A stretch of 24,583 nt of DNA, taken from positions 1 to 24,583 of the forward strand of contig JAVYWK010000027.1 of the NCBI GenBank assembly GCA_038727095.1. The letters run 5' to 3'. The notes below the pieces were generated by a model. The model was not told the origin of the DNA. It did not search any database and saw nothing but the letters and a program-made list of their open reading frames with translations. This document shows, in pieces, positions 16,661-24,583 of the stretch. Position numbers and translations under genes: made by a program. How positions within the stretch are numbered: the first letter of the stretch is position 1; each line of letters starts with the position of its first letter. The DNA is from Thermofilaceae archaeon. Its GTDB lineage: Archaea > Thermoproteota > Thermoprotei > Thermofilales > Thermofilaceae.

Positions 16661-18007
16661 GTGGCTCGCGGGATTTCGACTGTGATCGGCGCTCTCCTCT
16701 TCCTTCTCGTAGCATCGTTACTGCTTGCGCTCGCGCTAAGGGCGTTCAATGAGACCGTGCTGGCTCTCAATGAGGTGACCAATAATCAGAGAGCTGGGGT
16801 AGAGCATCTGGATATCGATATCGATTACATGGCGTGGAAACAGAGCCTGGCGAGCAGCGTTATCTCACGGATTAATGTCACTAAAGGGGTATCATCTGAT
16901 ACCCGCCCGGAGCTTCTCGACTACCCGGATGGGAATTCGATTATTATCGAGTCGGAGGCCGATATGACTACGGGTAGCGTGCCACCCGCGTCGGGTTGGG
17001 TCGAGTTGATAAAGAACGGGGAATTCAATGATGATTTTCAGTATTGGACCCCATCGACCGATTTGTGCAGTTGGAGTATAATAACCGTCGGTGGCGACAA
17101 GAAAGCGAGGTGCTTTTGCCGAGCTACTGGTACTGGAAGTGTTTCAGCGTTCATCCAGCAATCCTTCAACCTAGACTTTCCCGCTGCGATGGCTGTTCTT
17201 TCCTTCGAGTACAATAGTAGTATTTCGAAAAAAGGAGAGTCACTGGTCTTCTTTCTCGTGGTTGAAGTTTCGCGCGGCGGCAGGCCTGTGTGGTACTGGT
17301 TTATAGATCTGATGGCGCCAGGGAGGCAGGAGGGGCGTCTGACGCTAAGCTTGACAGGTGCTGTAACAGACCCAGGTTTATACACGCTCAATTTTTCTCT
17401 GCTCATGGCATGGAAGGGTACCACTGACTTCGTATTCACGCTGGATAAGGTTAGTTTGAGAGCTTCTGGGCAGGCTCCGCCACCGCCGCAGCCGATCGCC
17501 TATCATCAGCTCTTGTTCGTCGTTGATACTGTGAGCACTTTGCCGCGCTTTAACGGGCGATTGACTGTGAGCACTAATGCAACAGTGTCCATCGAACTGT
17601 ACCGCTGGCGTGATGGTGGGTGGGTTCTCGTTGAGAAGGGTGTTGTGCCAGCGGGTTCATTTTATCTGGTTGGTTTCGAAGGTGAAGGGGGTACGCAGTT
17701 CCTCGTCATAGCTTACTCGTCTGAACCCTTCAAGCTGGTATTGGACTACTTCGAGGTAATGGTGCTTGCTCCAACCCATGCAAGCGTGAAAGTGACGAAT
17801 TTGGGCACGGAACCCGTAGACGTGTACGCCGTCTGGCTTCGCAACTCATCGTGGGAGAAGAGGGTTGATGTTAAGAGCGTCTTGCTGCCGAACGATTCCC
17901 TCGAGATTAACTTCGATACGTACCTCAGCTTGTACAGGTTGTACGAGGTTAGGGTCGTTACCGGTACTCGTACTCACATAGTCAGGCTTACCCCGTCTGG
18001 CGGGTAG
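16661..18007 (+). CDS. Large pilin-like protein with internal beta-sandwich/CBM-like insertion
   Basis: Start GTG 16661: MARG|ISTVIGALLFLLVASLLLAL; TTTTATA ~21 nt upstream; LIKNGEF....W CBM-like start; C-terminal V.N.G...V..VW...VRVVT pilin strands. Confidence 0.72.
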   Translation: MARGISTVIGALLFLLVASLLLALALRAFNETVLALNEVTNNQRAGVEHLDIDIDYMAWKQSLASSVISRINVTKGVSSDTRPELLDYPDGNSIIIESEADMTTGSVPPASGWVELIKNGEFNDDFQYWTPSTDLCSWSIITVGGDKKARCFCRATGTGSVSAFIQQSFNLDFPAAMAVLSFEYNSSISKKGESLVFFLVVEVSRGGRPVWYWFIDLMAPGRQEGRLTLSLTGAVTDPGLYTLNFSLLMAWKGTTDFVFTLDKVSLRASGQAPPPPQPIAYHQLLFVVDTVSTLPRFNGRLTVSTNATVSIELYRWRDGGWVLVEKGVVPAGSFYLVGFEGEGGTQFLVIAYSSEPFKLVLDYFEVMVLAPTHASVKVTNLGTEPVDVYAVWLRNSSWEKRVDVKSVLLPNDSLEINFDTYLSLYRLYEVRVVTGTRTHIVRLTPSGG

Positions 18008-18070
18008 CAATTATGATTGAGGTGCAGGTTAACTGAGGCAGTCGGTTGCGTGCCAGCTGGCTGAGCTCCG

Positions 18071-19003
18071 TTAACCCCTTTTCTTAGCCTTCAGCTTTTC
18101 AAGTATTTGCGCGAGTCTTTCTTGGAGGTCTTTAGCGCTTTCGTAGTAGGTGATGTTGCTTCCCATGCCGCTGGGCGCGCTTTTCTCAAGGCTTTTGGGC
18201 GCGAAGACGATGTGCCGATCTTCGAAGTCGGCCTCCTTCGCGATGCTTGCGAGCACTTCGCTTAGAGCTCTGGACGAATCGGCGACAATATCCACGTACA
18301 TCTTGGTTCCATCGCTGGTCGAGGCGGCAATATCCACGCTATGGTAGTACCCGCTTTTCCCCTTCACTTGGGTCGAGCTTGCGACTTTCAACCCCGCAGC
18401 TGCGATCTCTCTGCTAGCGATTGCAACCAGCAGCTGCTTAGCCGTTTCCGGCAGCTTCTCCTTCCTAATCCTGAACCTGTAGATGTTAGTGTAGCGTGCC
18501 TGCTTGTAGTCGAACGTTAGCTTGCAATCAGCGCACCTCCAGGAGGGGAGGGGGGTTTCAAACCTGGCTCCGCAGTTTAAGCACTGGTAGAGGGTTCCGA
18601 TGGTTCTGGCATCCTGCAGGGGTTTCCCGCACTTGGAGCAGTTGGGCAGTTTTTCTGCTTCCTCTACAACGTTTACTCCCCCGCAAGTTACGTGCGCCAG
18701 GATGAGCATTCGTCTCAAGCTCTCCGAGCCGCAGTTGGGGCAGTGAAGCTTACTGAAGAGCCGTAGAGAACCGCAGTTCGGGCACACTACGATGCTCTCG
18801 TGGGGCTCTCTCTCGAGAACGCCTAACAGGATGAGCTCCTCCAGAGCTTCCTTCTCGGAGATTCCGTACCTGGCTGTGATCTTGAGTATGAGGGGGTAGA
18901 TTACGCCGGTGCTGTGGGAAATGCTAGGTTCTATGACGTCCAGGTTGGATGCTGCTATCTCTCGGAGGACTTCGTGGAGAGCGATGTTCCTATCCCGGCT
19001 CAT
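18071..19003 (-). CDS. TackOD1-like multi-Zn-ribbon protein with C-terminal REase-like domain
   Basis: G..YP plus wHTH-like segment, then CPNC, CPNC, HVTC, CSKC, CLNC, CADC; C-term VKGKSGYYHSVDI. Start ATG 19003 or GTG 19012. Confidence 0.7.
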   Translation of the reverse strand: MSRDRNIALHEVLREIAASNLDVIEPSISHSTGVIYPLILKITARYGISEKEALEELILLGVLEREPHESIVVCPNCGSLRLFSKLHCPNCGSESLRRMLILAHVTCGGVNVVEEAEKLPNCSKCGKPLQDARTIGTLYQCLNCGARFETPLPSWRCADCKLTFDYKQARYTNIYRFRIRKEKLPETAKQLLVAIASREIAAAGLKVASSTQVKGKSGYYHSVDIAASTSDGTKMYVDIVADSSRALSEVLASIAKEADFEDRHIVFAPKSLEKSAPSGMGSNITYYESAKDLQERLAQILEKLKAKKRG

Positions 19004-19035
19004 TCCCTCCACTCTAACACATATGTATTCGTGAG

Positions 19036-19046
19036 TTATTTATATT
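19036..19046. promoter_or_regulatory. Shared TATA element of divergent genes
   Basis: TTATTTATATT lies ~22-28 nt from both GTG 19066 (+) and GTG 19012 (-). Confidence 0.55.
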
Positions 19047-19065
19047 GGTTACTAATCGCTCAGCT

Positions 19066-20574
19066 GTGGTTGCAGAGGAAGCTGCAGTCTCAACCTACAT
19101 CCCCGAGAGTGAAGCGATTGTCGAGCTGTACGAGGTTTCACCACCCTTCGCCTACGCCGTCATTACGAGGGATAGGAGGACGGGGCGGATGCTATACAGG
19201 GTGCTGGAGCCGATCTTGACGCCGCAGGAGATGAAAGCCTTGGCAGAGGTAAAAAGGCTGCTGCTTGAGAGCCAGAGGCCGGCTCTCGATGAGCTCAGGA
19301 GGAGGGGGGTGGAGGAGGTTTTGAGGGGGAGAGTGAGAGATGTCGTGAGGAAGTTTAAGCTTCCCGTGGGCGAGGATGCTTTCGATAAGCTGTTCTACTA
19401 CGTGAGGAGAGATATGCTCGGATACGGGCCCATCGACGTCCTGATCAGGGATCCGAGGATAGAGGACATAAGCTGTGACGGTGTCGGAGCTCCAATCTAC
19501 GTGTGGCACAGCAGGTTTGAATCGCTGCCGACCAATATCGTGTTCAGCAGCCCCGAGGAGCTCGAATCGATCGTCGTGAGGCTCTCCCATAAAGCGGGGA
19601 AGCACATATCCGTTGCAAACCCGCTCGTCGAGGGTTCCCTGCCTGAGGGTTACAGGCTGCATGCAACTCTCTCAGAGGTCTCGAGGAGGGGTGGCACTTT
19701 CACCATCAGGAAGTTCAGGGAGATCCCCTTCTCGATCGTCGACCTTGTGAGGCTTGGAACCGTTTCGCTCGAGCTTGCAGCGTACCTCTGGCTTCTCGTT
19801 GAGGCGAGGAAGAGCCTAATGATCGTGGGGGCCACGGCCAGTGGTAAGACCACGACTTTGAACGCGGTGGCAACCTTTATCCGACCCGAGGCTAAGATCG
19901 TGACGATCGAGGAGACGCCCGAGCTCAACCTGCCGCACGAGAACTGGGTTCCGCTGGTGGCTAGGCCCTCCGTGGATCCGTGGGCTAGGAGCGTATCCCT
20001 GTTCGACCTGCTGAAGTCGGCGCTTAGGATGAGGCCCGACTACATAATCGTGGGGGAAGTGAGGGGGGAGGAGGCTTTCACGCTCTTCCAGGCTATCGCT
20101 ACGGGGCACGCGGGGATGTGCACGATGCACGCTGAGAACGTTGAGTACGCTGTGAAGCGGCTCGTGTCGGAGCCCATGAACGTCCCTTCCTTCCTGATCC
20201 CGCTGATGAACGTGATGCTGACCATCAAGAGGGTTCAAGTGGGGGAGGCGGTAGTTAGAAGAGTGGTAGAGGTTCGCGAGGTGTTTTCGGGTGAAAACGG
20301 GTTTGAGGGCCACGTGGTTTTCAGGTACAACCCGTTTTCAAACAGGATCGAGAGGGTGAGCGAGAGTAAGCTCCTGCCCGCCATCGCTGAGGAACGCTTC
20401 ATCCCGATGAGCGAGCTCGCGGAGGAGATCGAGAGGAGGCAAACCGTGCTGCGCTTCCTTCTGGAGAGGGGTATCACAGACTACGCGAGGGTTAGCAGGG
20501 TTGTCAGGGACTACGCGTTGAGGCCCGCGGCTGTCTACACGGCGATCGAAAGAGGGCTCTACGATTTGCGCTAG
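19066..20574 (+). CDS. Type IV pilus assembly ATPase (PilB/FlaI/AapE family)
   Basis: Walker A GATASGKTT, Asp box IEETPEL, Walker B IIVGEVRG, His box TGH...TMHA, IEDISCDG. Confidence 0.95.
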   Translation: MVAEEAAVSTYIPESEAIVELYEVSPPFAYAVITRDRRTGRMLYRVLEPILTPQEMKALAEVKRLLLESQRPALDELRRRGVEEVLRGRVRDVVRKFKLPVGEDAFDKLFYYVRRDMLGYGPIDVLIRDPRIEDISCDGVGAPIYVWHSRFESLPTNIVFSSPEELESIVVRLSHKAGKHISVANPLVEGSLPEGYRLHATLSEVSRRGGTFTIRKFREIPFSIVDLVRLGTVSLELAAYLWLLVEARKSLMIVGATASGKTTTLNAVATFIRPEAKIVTIEETPELNLPHENWVPLVARPSVDPWARSVSLFDLLKSALRMRPDYIIVGEVRGEEAFTLFQAIATGHAGMCTMHAENVEYAVKRLVSEPMNVPSFLIPLMNVMLTIKRVQVGEAVVRRVVEVREVFSGENGFEGHVVFRYNPFSNRIERVSESKLLPAIAEERFIPMSELAEEIERRQTVLRFLLERGITDYARVSRVVRDYALRPAAVYTAIERGLYDLR

Positions 20575-20585
20575 CGGGTGGTATA

Positions 20586-21443
20586 GTGGCTCCGGGATGG
20601 GTTCTAAACCTCGCTAAGCGCTTGAGCGAAAAAGCTGGGGTCTTCAAGGAAATCTACTATACGGCCGGCTTCGAGGAGCCTTTCGAATCCTACTTGGGGA
20701 AGTGGCTGATAGCCTACATCGCTTTGACACCGGCTATTACCGCCTTCCTGGTCTACCTCCACGGGTTAGTGCTCAAGTACCCCTTGCTCTTCACAATCAT
20801 ATTGACAGCTATTGTCCTGGTCATCTACACACTGCTTTTCACGTTCCTCCTCCTCTACTACCCCGTGTACAGGAGGTACTCCAGGGGGGTCGGTATCGAC
20901 TCGCGGCTACCCTACACCATCGCCTACTTCGCTGCTCTAGCATCATCCGGGATGGGTCTTGAAGCGATCGTTGAGAGGGTTGCCGAAGTCGAGGAGGTGA
21001 AGGCGACGAGGAGGGAGCTCGAGTTGTTCTTAACGGAGGTTAAGCTCCTAGGCTTGGACGTGCTGTCGGCTCTCGATAGGAGGTCAAGGGCAAGCCCCTC
21101 GATCCTGCTCTCCCTCTTCTTCTCGGGTCTCAGGGACGCTTACATTACGGCGGGCAACCTGTACGAGTACGCGGCCTTCATGGCCCGACGCTTGCTCGAG
21201 ATGAAGAGGAACGAGTTGAGGAACATCGTGAACTCCATCTCGATGGTGGCTGAGATGTACGTCACGCTGATGGTTGCTGCACCGTTAATGTTCGTCGTGA
21301 TGCTCGCAGTGATAGCGATGATGGGTGGAGCCGTGGGGGGTTTGCCGCCGCAACTGCTAATCGCGCTCATACTTGTGGTGGGCATCCCAGCGTCCGCCGC
21401 AGCTACGCTCGTCATACTGGATGGCATACTCTCGAAGGTTTAA
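20586..21443 (+). CDS. T2SS-F/TadC-like pilus membrane platform protein
   Basis: ID.RLP.....A.L..SG, G.D...AL......PS; multiple TM helices; follows the ATPase. Confidence 0.88.
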   Translation: MAPGWVLNLAKRLSEKAGVFKEIYYTAGFEEPFESYLGKWLIAYIALTPAITAFLVYLHGLVLKYPLLFTIILTAIVLVIYTLLFTFLLLYYPVYRRYSRGVGIDSRLPYTIAYFAALASSGMGLEAIVERVAEVEEVKATRRELELFLTEVKLLGLDVLSALDRRSRASPSILLSLFFSGLRDAYITAGNLYEYAAFMARRLLEMKRNELRNIVNSISMVAEMYVTLMVAAPLMFVVMLAVIAMMGGAVGGLPPQLLIALILVVGIPASAAATLVILDGILSKV

Positions 21444-21568
21444 CGACTCTGTTGTGAGCGAATCCCTTTAGATTTACCGGAGTGAAGAAAGGCACAGTGT
21501 TGAGGCTTGCTGAAAACTGAGGCTTGTAGCTCGATGAGCGATAGTGTTTTAGACTTGAATGCTGTGCT

Positions 21569-22507
21569 TTGGCAAAGACTGGTGGGGGGGTCTTGCCTTA
21601 CGTTGAGGTGAAGGGGGGCGTCAAGGCTCTGCTAGCAGCATTATCCATAGCGCTAGCCGTTGTACCTGCGGCATTAGCTATTGCTCTGCTCAGCTCTCGC
21701 GAGCTCGTTACGGTGGAGATTGCGCCCGGCCTTACGCTCGCTTGGGCTAGCGACGTGTACTTCCTCTTCTCCCTGTCGGCTGCGGCAGCTATCACCCCTT
21801 ACGCGGCGGTCAGCTTCATGAACAGGAGGTACGTTGAAGCGATTGAGAGGCGTTTACCGGCTTTCTTCGAGGGGGTGGAGGAGGGCGTTCGCGCCGGCAT
21901 GCCCCTGGTTAGAGCGGTGGAGACAGCGGCCAAATCCGTTGGGGGGCCCTTAGCGAGCGAGATGCTTACTGTTGTAAGCAGGGTGGAGCTCGGCGATACG
22001 TTCGAGGGTGCTCTCGAGGGGCTTGTGAAGCGGATTCCAGCGCCGGCTTTGAAGAGGGCGGTCAGCCTTCTGCTCGTCGCCTACCAGAGCGGGGGTAGGG
22101 TGGGGGAGGTTCTGGGTGCTGCAGCTGAGATGTATGGGCTGCTGAGGAGCTACGAGGAGGAGAGGAGGGCTACGATGGCCCCGTACGCCTACGCCATCTA
22201 CGTTTCGCTGATTGTTTTCCTGCTTGTAGCCACGATCCTTCTGCTAGTTTTCATTGCTCCGTTGGAAGCGCTCGGCAGGGAAGCTGCGCAGCTTTTAACA
22301 CCTCTTCCCCCTCCACTCTTCAAGGCGACGTTCTTCATGGCTGCGGCTATACAAGCGTTCGTCGGCGGCTTAGTCGCCGGCAAGATCAGCAGGGGTACTG
22401 TTAAAGCCGGGCTCCCCCAAGCTGTGGGCATGCTCGTCGCTGTTGCAGCCTACTTCCACCTATTGGAAGTATTTTTGGAACCTGCTTTCACCATACCGCC
22501 CGGTTAG
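21569..22507 (+). CDS. Second T2SS-F/TadC-like platform protein
   Basis: IE.RLP.F......RAGMP, GPL..E, G.....AL, SGG, GL.AGKI..G....G. Start may be TTG 21593 after a GGTGG SD. Confidence 0.88.
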   Translation: MAKTGGGVLPYVEVKGGVKALLAALSIALAVVPAALAIALLSSRELVTVEIAPGLTLAWASDVYFLFSLSAAAAITPYAAVSFMNRRYVEAIERRLPAFFEGVEEGVRAGMPLVRAVETAAKSVGGPLASEMLTVVSRVELGDTFEGALEGLVKRIPAPALKRAVSLLLVAYQSGGRVGEVLGAAAEMYGLLRSYEEERRATMAPYAYAIYVSLIVFLLVATILLLVFIAPLEALGREAAQLLTPLPPPLFKATFFMAAAIQAFVGGLVAGKISRGTVKAGLPQAVGMLVAVAAYFHLLEVFLEPAFTIPPG

Positions 22508-22589
22508 TTCAAAGGATCCAAAGAGCATTTTCAGCCATCTGTTCATCTGGAAAGATACTTTTAAAAAATCAGTAATAGTAGCCGTAAAC

Positions 22590-22796
22590 ATGTCCTCGAG
22601 TCTGGAAAGGCTAGAGAGAGCATTCAGAAGGCTCCCTAACCTAGTACACTCCGTGGACAGCCTTGAACTCTCCATCCTTCTGCTTAAAGCGACCTTAGAA
22701 GTAGCAGTTTTCGCTGCTCTCCTCTACCTAGTGGGCGAGGTAGTAAATGGGTTGTGGAGCTTAGCCCATAGCATTACGGGAGTCTTCCTCCCTTAG
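22590..22796 (+). CDS. Small hypothetical membrane protein (68 aa)
   Basis: ATG 22590 with TTTTAAAA ~23 nt upstream; hydrophobic C-terminal half. Confidence 0.55.
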   Translation: MSSSLERLERAFRRLPNLVHSVDSLELSILLLKATLEVAVFAALLYLVGEVVNGLWSLAHSITGVFLP

Positions 22797-22849
22797 GTTG
22801 AAGGTTTCCGAATACCCTACAGGCTTCCAGGAACCGAGGGTTACTCGTG

Positions 22850-23212
22850 TTATTGTTGAGTCCTTTTCAGCCACTCCTCGACTATATCCACGCCGTACAG
22901 CTCCTTGATCCTCCTCCTCCCCTCCTCCGTCATCCTGAGAGGGGTCCACGGTGGATCCCAGACGACCTCTACGTCGACCTCTTTGACCTCTGGCAGCTCG
23001 GTTCTGATTGCGTCCTCGACCATTGCCGGCATGAAGGCGGAGATCGGGCAGCCTGGTGCCGTCAGCGTCATCTTCACCTCAACTCGCTCCCCCTCGATCC
23101 GTAGGTCGTAGATCAGGCCCAGGTCGTAAATGTTGACCGGTATCTCAGGGTCGTAGACCTTTCGTAGAGCCTCTATGACCTTCTCCCTCGTGGTCACAGT
23201 TGACGCTGTCAA
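22850..23212 (-). CDS. DUF59 (SufT/PaaD-like) metal-sulfur cluster assembly factor
   Basis: VYDPEIPVNIYDLGLIY, MTLTAPGCP, VWDPPWTP..M. Confidence 0.92.
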   Translation of the reverse strand: MTASTVTTREKVIEALRKVYDPEIPVNIYDLGLIYDLRIEGERVEVKMTLTAPGCPISAFMPAMVEDAIRTELPEVKEVDVEVVWDPPWTPLRMTEEGRRRIKELYGVDIVEEWLKRTQQ

Positions 23213-23330
23213 TACTCGGTTTTTATGCCTTTCGCGCCCCGATGCGAGGACCGCGTGGCCGCTTTTACGCTGAAGGCCGTTGATTCAGCGGCATGCTTAT
23301 CAGCGGTCGAGCGGAGGGCACAGGGCGCTT

Positions 23331-23894
23331 ATGGGCGAGCAGCAGAAGGCTCAGGGCGCTGACGCCTACCTCCGGATGGTTCACGAGCTTAGGGAGGGGT
23401 TGCCGAAAATCGTCATCGACGTTGGGGTTGCGGTTCTCATCTGGCTGTTCTCGATGTACGTGTTCATCCCCCTCTCGAGGGAGTACGCGCTGATCGGAAT
23501 CCCCCTCCCGCAGCTCATCAGCCTCATCGCCGTGATCGCGATCGCGGCGATCACCTTCAGCATGATCAGGACGGCCTTGGGCGTTATCGACGCGGTGGCG
23601 GCCTACCTGGCGCACGAGGTTGGGTTGAGGCACAGGGCGAGCGAGGAGGAGCTGCGCAGCTACAGAGCTGGGCTCAGAGGGATCTTCTACGTCCTCGTCG
23701 CATCCCTCCTCTTCCTCCTATTCAAGGACTTCATCAACGTCATTCACCCGGCTCTCTCGGCGGTCATCCTCTTCTTCCTAGCCGTGTGGGCCGTCGTGAC
23801 GCTCGTTAGATCGGGTAGATCCTTCTCGAGGCTGGCTGAGATATACGCTAGCGAGTGGGTTTCCGAGCTGGAGAAGAGAAGGAGCAAAGGCTGA
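23331..23894 (+). CDS. Hypothetical 4-TM membrane protein
   Basis: Four hydrophobic segments, host-like codon usage; ATG 23331 preferred over TTG 23280. Confidence 0.7.
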   Translation: MGEQQKAQGADAYLRMVHELREGLPKIVIDVGVAVLIWLFSMYVFIPLSREYALIGIPLPQLISLIAVIAIAAITFSMIRTALGVIDAVAAYLAHEVGLRHRASEEELRSYRAGLRGIFYVLVASLLFLLFKDFINVIHPALSAVILFFLAVWAVVTLVRSGRSFSRLAEIYASEWVSELEKRRSKG

Positions 23895-23898
23895 GAGT

Positions 23899-24408
23899 GT
23901 GGAGCGGAGAGCCGCGGGGGGCGAGTGGGAGCGCTACGAGGAGGCAGCGGCCAAGCTGGGTAGGGCGGTAGTTGCGTACGCAACCGCCTTTCTCCTCTGG
24001 CTGTTCCTCATAGCCATCTTCGTGCCAGCCGCCAGCGCCCCCTCGTCGGAGCAGATACTGCCCATAGTAGCGCTCATCTTCCTCGCGGGGATAGCCGTTG
24101 AAGTCTACTGGGGGACCGTGAACCTGGTCGATTTCCTCAGCTTAGCTAGCCCGAGCAGAGTGACTAGGTTCCTGGCTCTCGAGCTGATAGTGCTCCTGGA
24201 CTCTCTGCTCCTAGCAACTCCGCTCCACTTCATATCCCCAGTGCTCGGCGGAGCCTGTATCGTGGTGGCAGCCGTGGCAGCCGTTCTGATCCTGGTGACT
24301 CACACGGAGGCGGCCTTAGAGCTGGTGTTCAACCGCTGGAGGAGAGGAGCTAAGGGGGCTGGAGCCGAAGAGGCTTCGGCAAACCCTGCAGCCGGTGGAT
24401 CTCAGTGA
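23899..24408 (+). CDS. Hypothetical 4-TM membrane protein
   Basis: 4 nt after the previous stop; similar hydropathy layout. Confidence 0.65.
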   Translation: MERRAAGGEWERYEEAAAKLGRAVVAYATAFLLWLFLIAIFVPAASAPSSEQILPIVALIFLAGIAVEVYWGTVNLVDFLSLASPSRVTRFLALELIVLLDSLLLATPLHFISPVLGGACIVVAAVAAVLILVTHTEAALELVFNRWRRGAKGAGAEEASANPAAGGSQ

Positions 24409-24582
24409 GGGTTCAAGCCTGAAGTGGAAGGGGCAAGCGTACCCCTTACCCATGATGTACAGCGCGATCCTGGCCACCTCCAGTTGGAGCTCGAGCTCGC
24501 TCAGCGGGCGTGAGGCGGCTCGAGAGGCTAGGCGTGAGATGAGCTCTTCAACGTCGCTACGGTCTCTCAAGTCTATCTGTGA
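24316..24582 (-). CDS. 3' end of a hypothetical gene entering from beyond the window
   Basis: Frame is open to the window edge (SQIDLRDRSDVEELISRL...CPFH...CRVC); overlaps the convergent gene by ~93 nt. Confidence 0.4.
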   Translation of the reverse strand, partial: SQIDLRDRSDVEELISRLASRAASRPLSELELQLEVARIALYIMGKGYACPFHFRLEPSLRSTGCRVCRSLFGSSPLSSSPPAVEHQL

Positions 24583-24583
24583 C

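Noticed and set aside
21482-21520. C/D-box sRNA (GTGAAGA...TTGA...TGCTGA...CTGA)
   Set aside because: The second guide would be only 3 nt; the hairpin reading fits better.
19066-22507. Archaellum (arlI/arlJ) assignment
   Set aside because: No ArlH/F/G, two TadC-like genes, and subunits look like pilins rather than archaellins.
1-24583. CRISPR arrays, tRNA/rRNA, IS elements, prophage
   Set aside because: None recognised by eye. The HK97-fold gene is an encapsulin with no viral neighbours.

Overview
GC-rich archaeal chromosomal segment. Gene content and leaderless TATA-type promoters suggest a hyperthermophilic crenarchaeon, probably Thermofilaceae/Thermoproteales (inference). The left half holds taw1/TYW1 (truncated), gapN and a minus-strand iron/Fe-S cluster: rubrerythrin, iscU, a TusA-like gene, an atypical iscS, a ferritin-encapsulin fusion and a second ferritin-like protein. 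These are followed by arsC, a ferredoxin, DUF1122, a YHS chaperone with copA, a vapBC pair and a GNAT. The right half holds a type IV pilus locus: four class III signal-peptide pilins (two large adhesin-like), an assembly ATPase and two TadC-like proteins. It is interleaved with a MIG-like mismatch glycosylase and two proteins sharing a restriction-endonuclease-like domain, and is followed by a DUF59 protein and membrane proteins. The most unusual signal is a strand-specific A/C versus G/T codon skew that reverses polarity at the low-GC head domain of the major pilin, suggesting a repeatedly replaced pilin cassette. No tRNA, rRNA, CRISPR or transposase was seen. All counts are manual and family assignments come from recalled motifs, not searches.
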